Part shown: piece by piece, positions 31,406-41,829 of the stretch
Numbering within the stretch: the stretch's first letter is position 1
Layout: each line of letters starts with the position of its first letter
Assembly: GCA_000004985.1 (NCBI GenBank)
Contig: GG738880.1
From: Naegleria gruberi
Taxonomy: Eukaryota
DNA: 64,000 bases
Strand: one strand, 5' to 3'
Position numbers and translations under genes: made by a program
Notes under the pieces: generated by a model
What the model was told of the DNA's origin: nothing
Database searches by the model: none
The model's input: the letters and a program-made list of their open reading frames with translations, nothing else

Positions 31406-32540
31406 ATTACTTTTTGTTATTTACTGGTTTGTTGTTGAATTATTATATTGTTGGGTTCAACCTGAACGTTGAACTTGCAAACTAACTTTCAACCTCCAAT
31501 AATCTGTTTCGGTTGACAGTCTAATTAATTGAAACTATTTGCTGATGGTTATCAATTATTGATGATGGAATAGGACAGTTATATCCGAACATGTAGGAGA
31601 AGCAGTTGCTATAGGTGGAGTTTAATCCTTGATCTTGCAAGATGTCAGTTAACAAGAATCATCACTGTGGCTGAAATATTCATTGGAAGAAACGAATCAT
31701 TCAACAATTAACAAGGTCATGAAGTGGTTGTATGACAAGATCTTTTCCAACAAGACCATCTTCAAAGCAGCTGGCTAGTTGCAGTAATTGTTAATAATAA
31801 ATTAATTATCTAATCAATTCGTGTTGTATAGCAAGCTATCATATTGCGGATTCACCAACAAATCTACCTCACCTCCCAACTACCAAACAACTACACAGAA
31901 CAAAGCAGGAACACGACAGGAGCAGTCATAGAAAAAGTAAACGACATCCTCATTTTCGTAATAACTATTGTCTACCTATGAAATTTTCATTTTAGGTTTT
32001 GAATTTTTTTTGTGCTTTGTTTTTATTTCCACTGAAAACAGCATCACTATGCATTGAATGAGCAGGCAACAAACGTTTTGCGAACCAACCAACATTTTCG
32101 CTTACTACTCCAATCTCAACGCATTTCGATAATGAGAGGATGATGAAGTTTACTTGGTGCATGGTTGATAATTCTTCAATTGCGTTGATGATGGCAATTG
32201 ATAAAGTGCATCATTTTGGATAATTTACGTTTTAAAGCTCTACACGTTTTATTACAATTATTCAAGTGTGAGGGAGTTAATCATCCTCAATCAAATTGTT
32301 ACGAATTAAATTACTAAAATTATTGGAATGTTGTTTATTTGCTTGACTTTGTCAGAAGAGTCTTTCACAGCATACAGGGCATGGTTTCTTCTTTAAGGAC
32401 GTCCACAACACTTTTAACTAATGTTGTGCTGTAAAGTTGATGCAAAACTAAGATGAACATCAATAATGTTTCCACAAGAAGAATATTGCATTGAACCATT
32501 CTATTATTAACTCATCGATTCCTATTACAATAAGGATAAC

Positions 32541-33761
32541 TTGAAAAAAATGTCAACAACAATCCAATCATCATATGATGATTCAAGGAGTAATAGCTCT
32601 CCTTCCAGTAATATTGGACCGGAAGCAGTTTCAGATCAACAATTGAAGGAGGAAATTTTAAAACAAATTAAATTATTGGAGGAGGAACATCAAATTACCA
32701 TTCTCCTTGTTACAGATGTCGGAAGTAGAGCCTACAATTGGGAAAATCCAACAAAGAGTGATTACGATTTAAATTTTATTTATACGAGACATTGGAAGTA
32801 TTACATGACAATTCAAAATAAGCCACAAACATTAAAGAAGGAAACGTTCATAGATTTGGAGAGTGATTATCTCATTAAAAGAACAAAGAGTTCACACAAT
32901 TTTTATCATGATTGCAAGGAAGGAGAATTAACAAATCAAAAACTTAGAGTAGAGTGCAATTTTGTAGGATTTGATATCAAGTATGCAGCAGATTTCTTTT
33001 TCAAATCGAATAGAGCTATTGTATTTCTCCTTATGTCCCCTTGCGTATATTACGTTCATCCAAAGGCTCATTCTTTATTTTTTGATAAGTGGATTCCAAT
33101 GTGCCACACTCACGTTCAAAGAAGACATCACTTGCAAGAAATGATTCACATTGCTAGATACAACATTAATAGATATATCCTAGGAAGAAGAACTGTCAGA
33201 GTGAAATCATATCTCTACATTTTACATCACTTGTTCTATGTTTTATATTTGTTCAAGAGAAAGGATGAAGATTCTTTCAAGAAGAGGCTTCCACCTTTGG
33301 AATTTAAGTATTTATTCGAGGATTTAAAGGGAGACTTTATTTCTCCAAAATTGGCTGGACTTGTTGAGTTTTTAATGAAATTGAAAGTGAGCGGAGATAA
33401 TTTTTGTAAAATAGTCATTCCACCAGAGGAAGTTAAACCTGTGGAGATTAAAGAAAGTAAACCAACAGACAACACAGAAAATTCTGAGGAGGTTCCTGCT
33501 AAAAAGAAATCAAAGAAACAAATCAAAAAGGAAATTAGAGCTCAAGCCGATGAAAACCTCAAAAGTTTGGAAGATGATGGTTCTAAGAATGATATTCACG
33601 TTGGGCACAGCTTGGAAATTGAATTATTTACCATTTATTGGTATCGTAAAATGAATTATTGGATTTATCACATGGAAAAGGATTACATGGACGGAAATGA
33701 TGTTGATAAATTATTATTGGAAGCAATTGATTTGTATGAAGGGCCAGAGTTTAGCATTTGA
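32541..33761 (+). CDS. Pol-beta-superfamily nucleotidyltransferase, RlaP-like (predicted nucleotidyltransferase, COG3541/PF10127-type), 406 aa
   Basis: ITILLVTDVGSRAYNWENPTKSDYDLNFIY contains the hG[GS]...[DE]h[DE]h NTase signature (GS-R-A-Y ... S-D-Y-D-L). This matches the bacterial RlaP block (l.GSraYG.....SDyDlrGvf), recalled from memory. A helical region and a Lys-rich C-terminal tail follow. Confidence 0.5.
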   Translation: MKKMSTTIQSSYDDSRSNSSPSSNIGPEAVSDQQLKEEILKQIKLLEEEHQITILLVTDVGSRAYNWENPTKSDYDLNFIYTRHWKYYMTIQNKPQTLKKETFIDLESDYLIKRTKSSHNFYHDCKEGELTNQKLRVECNFVGFDIKYAADFFFKSNRAIVFLLMSPCVYYVHPKAHSLFFDKWIPMCHTHVQRRHHLQEMIHIARYNINRYILGRRTVRVKSYLYILHHLFYVLYLFKRKDEDSFKKRLPPLEFKYLFEDLKGDFISPKLAGLVEFLMKLKVSGDNFCKIVIPPEEVKPVEIKESKPTDNTENSEEVPAKKKSKKQIKKEIRAQADENLKSLEDDGSKNDIHVGHSLEIELFTIYWYRKMNYWIYHMEKDYMDGNDVDKLLLEAIDLYEGPEFSI

Positions 33762-33763
33762 GA

Positions 33764-35152
33764 TTACATAAAAGCATTTTTGATCTTCTTTTTCTGCTCA
33801 TTGGCCATCTTTTTCTTCCTTTTCTCATTGAGTTTTTCCTCTAATTCTATTCTTCTTTGCTTTTCCTCTTCCGTTTCAACATATTCAGATCTTTGACTTG
33901 TTGTTGGAATAGAACTTGATAGTTCAACTACATTAGTTGGTTGATTATCACTCACATTAGGCATTTGGGATGAATTATTTTCCTCATTAACTTCTTCTGG
34001 AATGAGTCCAGCATCATCTCCACCTAAACGTGAATCATTTCCTTGAGAATTAATACCCCCTCCAAAGGAATGTTGTGATTGCTCTCGTGTATCTGCAATC
34101 TTTTGTTTCTTACTTGTTTTTGGTGGTGAGAAGAGATGATTCATATATTTGGTATATAATTGTTGGAGGAGAGGATTCTTATTAGATTCGGTAGAATCAG
34201 TCTTAGAATTTGTGAATGAAATATCACACATGCCTAGAGAATCACTGACGAGCAGGATCTTATCCAATTGATCCAAAATGTCAGAATTTTGAGTGGAATT
34301 ATTAGCTCCACTATACATTTGTCTGAAATTAATAAGTTCTTGCTCCTTTTTCAAAAGAAGGGATTTCATTTGATCAATTTGTTGATTTTGAGTTTGAACA
34401 ATTCCAAGTAGAGGTCTAATAACATGATTCAATATAAATAAATTTTCCTTATTGTAAAATCTAATATTATTCAATTCGCTCTTTTGACTATTTTCATCTT
34501 GGTCTTGTTTTCTCTTTTTTGGATTTTCTTCCTCATCCTGAATAAGAATATAGGAATGATCAATTTCCTCCTGATCCTCTCCTCCCTTAGAAATATTAGG
34601 ATCAATACTATCACAATGAATTTCCCAATAGAAAGGTAAACTTATTTGTACTTGTGTTGGTAAAAGAGCTCTGATAGTAACTACCAATTTGGTTCTCTTC
34701 TTTTTCAGAGTGCTTGCATGAACGCTCTGAATAGAATCCATCAACATGTCCATCGCTGTTTCCTCTTCACAATTTTTCTCACCTCTCACTTCAATCTTTG
34801 GTTGATTCTTCTCCTGTATCGAATCCAAATCATAATGAATTAAAAACTGTTCAATTTGTTGGACCAAAGATTCAGCAGACATATTCAACCCCTTACAATA
34901 CTTGTTACTATCACTTTCAATTTCTTCCTTTTCATATCGTTTCTTCCAAACACATTTCATATTGGAAATATAAAGTACAAATCCATTCGTGATGGTTTTA
35001 AATTTTACAAAGAATGATTCACCCAACGGATCGACCGACACTGGAAGACGAATCCAATTAATATTCATGATTAATTTTTCATCGGAATCTTGAATTATTT
35101 TTTCAAAAGATTCCGAAAATTTCAAAGAACTTCCCAAGCTTTGTGATGACAT
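33764..35152 (-). CDS. XRCC4-superfamily-like protein (head domain + coiled-coil stalk + low-complexity tail), possible XRCC4/XLF-type NHEJ factor (462 aa)
   Basis: N-terminus ...GESFFVKFKTITNGFVLYISNMKCVWKKRYEKEEIESDSNKY... resembles the XRCC4 head ([26 protein letters not shown]; XRCC4 comparison recalled from memory). This is followed by ...LVQQIEQFLIHYDL..., then a long coiled coil (NQQIDQMKSLLLKKEQELINFRQ) and an acidic/Ser-rich tail ending in a KR-rich motif. Confidence 0.35.
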   Translation of the reverse strand: MSSQSLGSSLKFSESFEKIIQDSDEKLIMNINWIRLPVSVDPLGESFFVKFKTITNGFVLYISNMKCVWKKRYEKEEIESDSNKYCKGLNMSAESLVQQIEQFLIHYDLDSIQEKNQPKIEVRGEKNCEEETAMDMLMDSIQSVHASTLKKKRTKLVVTIRALLPTQVQISLPFYWEIHCDSIDPNISKGGEDQEEIDHSYILIQDEEENPKKRKQDQDENSQKSELNNIRFYNKENLFILNHVIRPLLGIVQTQNQQIDQMKSLLLKKEQELINFRQMYSGANNSTQNSDILDQLDKILLVSDSLGMCDISFTNSKTDSTESNKNPLLQQLYTKYMNHLFSPPKTSKKQKIADTREQSQHSFGGGINSQGNDSRLGGDDAGLIPEEVNEENNSSQMPNVSDNQPTNVVELSSSIPTTSQRSEYVETEEEKQRRIELEEKLNEKRKKKMANEQKKKIKNAFM

Positions 35153-35246
35153 TTTTTTTAACGTTTTTTTAAATAAATGAAAAATATTATTTGTATTAAA
35201 GAATTTAAATATATTTAATATTATTATTTACAATATTTTACAATTT

Positions 35247-35763
35247 TTATTTACTAGCCAAATCTTTCAGGGACATGAATTCCTTGAATTGATCATAGGT
35301 AATTCCACTATCTAAATCAATTCCGGCCTTTGAAAGTAAATTATTAATATTAATTTCGCTCATACTCTCATCACCCATCAATTTTAAAATCTTAATTTGA
35401 TAATTTACAATTTCCATTACAAAAAATTCAAAAACTTACTTCTTTCAATTCTTTCCTGTCAATTGTGCCACTTGAATCCTTGTCAAAAGTTTTGAAAAAT
35501 ACCTTTAATTCATCCTCACTTGATTGCTGACTCCAAACTTTGACAAATTCCTTAAAATCAATCTTTCCATCTTTGTTAGTATCAACCAAATTGAACATTT
35601 CTTCCAATTCTTCATTGGTTGGAGCACAACCATTCAATTGAAACATTACTTGAGAAAGTTCCTTCTTGCAAATACTTCCATTTCCATCAAGATCGAATAG
35701 ACAAAATGCTTCTTTCAATTCTGAGAGTTCATCCTTGGAGATTGTATCAGTTTCTGATGTCAT
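35247..35763 (-). CDS. calmodulin-like four-EF-hand Ca2+-binding protein, 2 exons (35440..35763 and 35247..35390; 49-nt intron)
   Basis: EF loops DLDGNGSICKKEL, DTNKDGKIDFKEF, DKDSSGTIDRKELKE. Exon 1 ends GAA|GTAAGT and the intron ends ..aattAAG. Exon 2 continues ILKLMGDESMSEININNLLSKAGIDLDSGITYDQFKEFMSLKDLASK* and supplies the fourth (degenerate) EF hand. Confidence 0.75.
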
Positions 35764-36044
35764 TTTCTTAGAGTTTTATTTAGAGAGAGGTAAAGTGAGG
35801 TTGTTGTTTTTTTTCGAGTTTTCTTTGAAGGTTGTTTGATGGATTAAGAGACAACAGGAATTGAAAATGTCAAAAGGTTTCAACCGACTTGTTGTTTCAG
35901 AAATTTGTCGTAAATTCAATAAATTGATGGGTCTTCAGATCTTTTCATATTCTAGAGATCGATTTCTAGTATCGCTGTCTTCAATGATCGAATCTTAGAA
36001 AGTTGTCGTTGATATTCGAAAGTCGGATGATATGTTAGAGATGT

Positions 36045-37535
36045 TTATTGTTTAGAATTGATGCTCTTCAAAACTGCCTTCTCATAATTCTTCAAGAAAT
36101 CTTTGAATTCATTTCTAAAATCTTTCAAAACCTTATTCTCAGCCATGGAGTTACCGCTCCTTGGGGAGTTTCTATTCGATTCTTTGGAAATGGTGAGTTG
36201 ATATCTTTCAAAGGCAGGTATTAAATTCTCGCTAACTTCCTTTTGGATTTCATCAAATAAAGTGAGAGGAACTACTTGAGCTTCATTCTGAGCTTGTTCT
36301 TTGATGAAATTTTCAACTTTCGCATAACCTTTAGTCTTGACATAATTAGGAGAACCTCTTGGATTCAGATACTTCTCATATAAATGAATCATTAAGGAAT
36401 CAATCTTCCTATTTGAAGCAATACTTGTTGTTGTATTGATTGAGTAGGCATCACTTGATTCAGAAACAGTATCTTGTTCAACGATGGACGAATCTTCTGA
36501 ATAATCTTTCAATTCTTCCAAGAAATTTCTCATCGTTTGAATTTCTTGCTTTTCAGGACTCTTGAAATCTTGAATGTCTTCCAACAGGAAAATACGATTC
36601 AAATCATTACTCGAATCTCCATAATTTTGTAAACTAATCCACTGTTTCAACAAGGATCTCTGTACAACCGAACTCATCACATTTTGCAACTGTAACCTTT
36701 TTGCCTTCATGAGTTTCTTCCTTGAAACTCTTTCCATTCTCAAAACACTGACAAAAATTGCAACACCAATTGGCAATGAAATTACCAAACAAATTAAAAC
36801 TACAATTAAATAAGTAGTTGAATTGGATGCAATCAATTCATGTTGAGTATTACTGATATTTCTAATCTGTTCAACAAATAAAAAGTAATCATTTAGGAAG
36901 GAGGATTGACCAGAAAAATGTTCAGGTTTCATAAATAATTTGACACCTTCAGAATAATTACCTGCCAAGGTTTGTTTTAGAATGGCATCTTGAAGTGGGA
37001 ATAAATAGAGAGTACTTGCATCCTTACTTGAGTTTGGGAAAACTTTCTCAGCACTTTCAGGTAATAATTTAAAGAGCTCATTAAACGAATCAATCATTTC
37101 ATTTCTTGATCGATTGAACAATGAATATTTTGACAGATCTTTGGAGAGAACCACCAAATTCACTGCACTACTCATCTTGTTATACTGGAAAGCACTATCA
37201 CCAAATATTTTCAAAGTTCTAAATACGGGAAAACTTGTTTTGGCAAAAGTATAAATTGTAATAATTGCAATAATTACAACGCCAATGATTGCTGTGCTTA
37301 TTCCCAACAGTGAAACCAATCTCATGAAGTTTAATTCAACAATCTTTTGAAAACATGGTAATTTAAAACGAGCAGTGTTTGATTTGGCAGTTTCACTCTT
37401 CTTTGAGCTTTTAACTTTGGAACTTGAGGTAATTGACTTGATGGATTTCTTTGGAGAATTAATACAAGTCGAAATTGGTGGATTAATTCTTTCAGAGGAT
37501 GCATTGATAACTTGTACTTGGTTACCAGCAACCAT
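36045..37535 (-). CDS. two-pass membrane protein with glycosylated loop and C-terminal RGS-like domain (496 aa)
   Basis: TM1 LVSLLGISTAIIGVVIIAIITIYTF, a ~190-aa loop with several NxS/T sites, TM2 YLIVVLICLVISLPIGVAIFVSVL followed by RMERVSRKK. The C-terminal ...IHLYEKYLNPRGSPNYVKTKGYAKVENFIKE...LTLFDEIQKEVSENLIPAFERYQ resembles the second half of an RGS box. It is a paralog of 37957..39545. Confidence 0.5.
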   Translation of the reverse strand: MVAGNQVQVINASSERINPPISTCINSPKKSIKSITSSSKVKSSKKSETAKSNTARFKLPCFQKIVELNFMRLVSLLGISTAIIGVVIIAIITIYTFAKTSFPVFRTLKIFGDSAFQYNKMSSAVNLVVLSKDLSKYSLFNRSRNEMIDSFNELFKLLPESAEKVFPNSSKDASTLYLFPLQDAILKQTLAGNYSEGVKLFMKPEHFSGQSSFLNDYFLFVEQIRNISNTQHELIASNSTTYLIVVLICLVISLPIGVAIFVSVLRMERVSRKKLMKAKRLQLQNVMSSVVQRSLLKQWISLQNYGDSSNDLNRIFLLEDIQDFKSPEKQEIQTMRNFLEELKDYSEDSSIVEQDTVSESSDAYSINTTTSIASNRKIDSLMIHLYEKYLNPRGSPNYVKTKGYAKVENFIKEQAQNEAQVVPLTLFDEIQKEVSENLIPAFERYQLTISKESNRNSPRSGNSMAENKVLKDFRNEFKDFLKNYEKAVLKSINSKQ

Positions 37536-37956
37536 TGTTTCACTTTTTTTTATTCTTTGAAAGTTAATTGAAAGTAAACAAAACCATCAAGTCCAAAAAC
37601 ACCCACCATCAAACATCAATGATACTTGTTGACATTGGATTCTTTTTTGGTCAATTATTCCATTAATAAAGATATCTTTATCGAGATAACATTTTCAAAC
37701 TCAAACTCATCGTTAGTCAATGTAGTTTATTTACATGTTGTCTAATAAAGTCCTCTGTCTTTTAATGTTAGTTTCCTTCTCTTTGAAATATTGGCTAAAT
37801 TATGTTATGGGCACTACGTTTACGTTTTTCTTGATGGAATGAACTAAATTGGTTGCTTATAATTGGGTGTTTGTTTTTCGAACTTGCGTATGAAGCGATT
37901 TAAGTCTCTTTTTATTCGAAATGGGTAAATTGTTTAGTCAATTACAACAATAAAAA

Positions 37957-39545
37957 ATGCAAGCAACATCTCCCACATCACCAAACACCACAACAGAGGA
38001 AGATTTTGAAGATAATGACAGTATTGTTGCTGAGGATGAAGAGAATGATAAGCAGATGAGAAATGTGGTATCGTATGGAGTGGGAGAAACTCAAGTTTCG
38101 TTTACTCAAAATCCACTTTCAGATACCTTTTCGTATTATGAGCCAGGAGAACACGCCAATACGAAACAAGGGAGTGAAAATGTGTGTCGTGGTGCTGTCA
38201 TTCGTTCATGGTTTCAGAAATTAAGAGAAAAGGATCTCATCATTCCATCCATGACTACCATTACACTTTTACTAATTATGGCATGTTTGATTGTAATAGT
38301 GGTTGCAGTTACAGCTCCATTCAAGGACATTACTACAGTGAACGTGGTTGATATTATGAGCTATCGTTCATCATTGTTGGCTGCTCATGTATCCATGAAA
38401 GGTTTTACTATCCAGTTTATTCCTATTTCCTCTACTATTTCATGAGATCATTTATGGAAGGGAGTTTACAAAATATGACGACGTTGCTGCCTCCAGAGTT
38501 TAAGCATGAATACTTGTATTATACGAATAATTATACGAATGCTTTCAAACAACCAACTGTTAAAGTGTGGGATAATGTGCTTATTGGTCCTACAATGTAT
38601 CCGTTCCCATTCACTATTGGAAATGAAACTGTAACATATTACTTGGTAGACAATCAAAAAATGGGACAAGCTCAACAAGTTTATTCTAGTGCAAACTATT
38701 CCACAATGCTATCTTCCTATGAGACATCGTTCTTCAATTATGTTGGAAATATCACAAGTTATTGTGAGAACATTTCAATCTCTACCAAAAACTATTACAT
38801 TGTAACAATATCAATGGTGGCATTCTGTTTGTTCATTGTCATCCCAACCATGATGTTAACTTTATTCTTTATTCTGAAGAAGGATAGAAAGAATGCAATT
38901 CAATTGAATCAAACAAGTGAAAATCTATTGAAAGAAACCATGTCTGATATGGCAACTCGACAGGCTTTCAAAATATTTTGTAACGAGAGAGGTTTTGGTG
39001 CTCACATCAATGCCATTGAGAAGATTATGTCATTTAAGGAACATTGTGAACAATCTCAGGAAATGCAAACGAAATTGATTGAAATTACTTCAGATTATGT
39101 CAATAAGGTTAATGCCATGCATGATCAAAACCATTTCAATCACAAAGGAGACAAAGTTAACTTTAAGATTGATGATAAAAAGACAAGAGCTATTTTCAAT
39201 ATTTCATGTGAAGCCGAAAAGAAAATCAAACATAAGGAATACATGAAATCGAGTTTAATTTTTGACATTTTGGAAGAAACTCAAGATGTAGCTAGCTCCA
39301 AAGTAACAAGTGAATTATTCTATGCCTATGATTGTTACAACAATAGAGAGAAAATGTTTCAAGATATTGACATTCTTCCCTCAATGATTATGGACAAACT
39401 GGAACATGAACTAAGTGATGCACTCATCAATACCCATTTAGATTTCAAGGCATCACTCAAAAACAATACCATGCTTTCAAATTCTGAACCACATCACACA
39501 GAAATCGATAGAGAAGAATTTGAGTTGGAGCTAGTCAATGTCTAA
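37957..39545 (+). CDS. paralogous two-pass membrane protein with C-terminal RGS-like domain; ORFs 37957..38445 and 38442..39545 are probably one gene broken by a -1 frame change or an unresolved very short intron
   Basis: ORF1 supplies the acidic N-terminus plus TM1 (TITLLLIMACLIVIVVAVTA). ORF2 supplies the N-glycosylated loop, TM2 (IVTISMVAFCLFIVIPTMMLTLFFIL, KKDRK) and ...LLKETMSDMATRQAFKIFCNERGFGAHINAIEKIMSFKEH...SSLIFDILEETQDVASSKVTSELFYAYD, which is RGS-box-like. The architecture matches 36045..37535 across both ORFs. Confidence 0.5.
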
Positions 39546-39617
39546 GCAAGCTGTTACCTGCGCGGACAATTTAATTAAGGGACAGTATAATTTGTAATCA
39601 AAAGGAATTGAGGAACT

Positions 39618-41594
39618 GTGACACTGTATAAAAATCCTTATTTCAACAAATTGCGCATGATTTTTCAAAAACACAAAAAAATGATTTCAAGCAATAACTC
39701 AATGTATTCAGAGCCTCAAAGGATGGCGATTGAATCACCTAATAAATTGTCGATCAAGATACAAGACGATGGATGTGGGATTGTATTCTTTTCAAAGGAG
39801 AAAGATGATCGGGTTGAGGTAAAGTTTCATAGAACTATTAGGCTTCCCGAAGATGATAAGAGCTATCCACTTCCCTCATCGATGGGATTATTTGCCATTG
39901 AGAAGGTTGATGATTATTTAGAGACGGTTCCTGAGGATTTCAAAAAGCATGGAGGTGTTTTTATATGTATACAACAGAGAGAGGCATTGAGAATGGAATT
40001 TGTCAATACAAATATTCATTTCCCTCATGCTTTGAAGATTGCTTCGGGAAAGATCAATGTATTGAGTGGAGAGGAATGGGATGAAAGGATTATAGAACGC
40101 CCAGTTCAAGATTATATTGTTTCACCAATGCAGAAGAGATTGGATGGAATTAATTGTGGTGGATTCAGAAAAGTGAAACAATTTGTGGCCATGCCTTTAG
40201 GAAAGGGTTACACTCTTGAAGGGCAATTAAGTACGAATGAAGAGGAATCAATTGGAGGTATCCAGATTATCTGTTTCAACTCTGACAGTAAGAAACGAGA
40301 GGAAAAGTTTGGACAAATTATTCCAACAAAACCAACCACTCCCAAAAAACCAATTCCAACAAATAAGGTGGTTCCACCAACTTCATCTGTTTCCAAACAA
40401 CCTCCAATGGTTAAAAGTTTGTCTGTAAAACAAAAGAAATCAACACAACCCACACCAAGTCCGAGATCTACTGGTCCATATTTATCGTCACCTTCTTCTC
40501 AAAGAAGATCAGCGTCTTCCAATGAGAAGAGTGGACCAGAAGAGATGGGAATTGCTCCTGGTGGCTCAATGAAACAGACCCTAGTAGCAGATCCATATAC
40601 TCCTCAATTCTGGGATGAACAAAGTAAAGCAAGAATCTTTGTTCATTTGGTGAATACAAAGATGTATACTCAAATCACTGGTAAGAGACCAACTGTTTCA
40701 CCAATAAGCAAGGAGACATACTTAAAACTCAATTATCCATGGTATGAACATTATGTTGAAGAGTCTGGGACCATTCCATCAAGTGAAATATTATCAGATA
40801 TCAATACAGTTAAAGAGACTGATGTCTCTCTATATGGAAAATCAAAAGACTCAACCACCTCAATAACTGTTGGAAAAATCATCAAGAAGACCACTTCAAT
40901 AGAAAAGGCTGATTTTATTCCTCCACCATTGCAAACAAAATCACATGCGTTTCGTGATATTTTGCCAAGAGAAATAGTGTTTCACATTGCTACCTTCCTG
41001 ACAGTTCCTCCTCTTAATAGATTGGCTAGATGTGACAGATATTTACTCGATTTGTTCTTTAATTTAACAGTTCCAAAAGTGTACTTAATTCAAAAAAGAA
41101 AACAAGAATTCAAGCAACAAGGGATTGAGACTGCAATAGTGTCGATGAAGGATATCTTTAAGGAAGATGAAGACTCACTTGTGCAAAAACTTGTCTGGAA
41201 ACCAATGGTATTATTCTACTTCCCAAGCTATCAAGAATCGTTAAATATCAAAAACTGGATGCATGTATTGAGGAGAAGAGTAACACATCTCATGAAAAAG
41301 TGCCCAACAGCTCTCCCTCTCACCAAACAAATGTCAACAGATGCATTCAAAGTTGATATGCCAACAAAGGATAGGAGGTTCATTGAGAATTGTGAGTGGG
41401 AGTATGAATGCCCTCTCAAGACAACTGACCTTAAAGAGGCTAGTACAGGTGTAAGGTATTGTCATGTTTGTAAAGAGAAGGTCTATGAAGTATTCACCAA
41501 AGAGGACTTTAAATCTCACATCTCACAAGATCACTGTGTCATGGTTACAACAGCTCCACAAAGACGAATCATGGGAAAAATAAGAATACAATAA
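39618..41594 (+). CDS. hypothetical protein with Pro/Ser/Thr-rich linker, F-box-like motif and C-terminal Cys/His cluster (658 aa)
   Basis: Long ORF. The N-terminal ~230 aa form an unrecognised globular region (VEVKFHRTIRLPEDDKSYPLPSSMGLFAI...GGVFICIQQREALRMEF). A PTKPTTPKKPIPT linker follows. ILPREIVFHIATFLTVPPLNRLARCDRYLLDLF is F-box-like. The end is ...YCHVCKEKVYEVFTKEDFKSHISQDHC. Confidence 0.55.
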   Translation: MTLYKNPYFNKLRMIFQKHKKMISSNNSMYSEPQRMAIESPNKLSIKIQDDGCGIVFFSKEKDDRVEVKFHRTIRLPEDDKSYPLPSSMGLFAIEKVDDYLETVPEDFKKHGGVFICIQQREALRMEFVNTNIHFPHALKIASGKINVLSGEEWDERIIERPVQDYIVSPMQKRLDGINCGGFRKVKQFVAMPLGKGYTLEGQLSTNEEESIGGIQIICFNSDSKKREEKFGQIIPTKPTTPKKPIPTNKVVPPTSSVSKQPPMVKSLSVKQKKSTQPTPSPRSTGPYLSSPSSQRRSASSNEKSGPEEMGIAPGGSMKQTLVADPYTPQFWDEQSKARIFVHLVNTKMYTQITGKRPTVSPISKETYLKLNYPWYEHYVEESGTIPSSEILSDINTVKETDVSLYGKSKDSTTSITVGKIIKKTTSIEKADFIPPPLQTKSHAFRDILPREIVFHIATFLTVPPLNRLARCDRYLLDLFFNLTVPKVYLIQKRKQEFKQQGIETAIVSMKDIFKEDEDSLVQKLVWKPMVLFYFPSYQESLNIKNWMHVLRRRVTHLMKKCPTALPLTKQMSTDAFKVDMPTKDRRFIENCEWEYECPLKTTDLKEASTGVRYCHVCKEKVYEVFTKEDFKSHISQDHCVMVTTAPQRRIMGKIRIQ

Positions 41595-41829
41595 TACTCG
41601 AAGTTCCCTCTTTCAGTCTTTAAAACACCAAGATCTGTTCTCCAATATTTATTGATAAAAATCGCTGCTTAGTAAACATTGATTCATGTGGAATACTTGA
41701 TCGATTCCTCATTCCTTTGTTGAGTGTGTTCAATGATGGAACACCACAATTCATTGATCTTGTCTAAATGGTTCTTTTTCTGGTTAAAACGGTATGTAAA
41801 GTTTGTCTGTTTATTAAGTAATTGCCATC

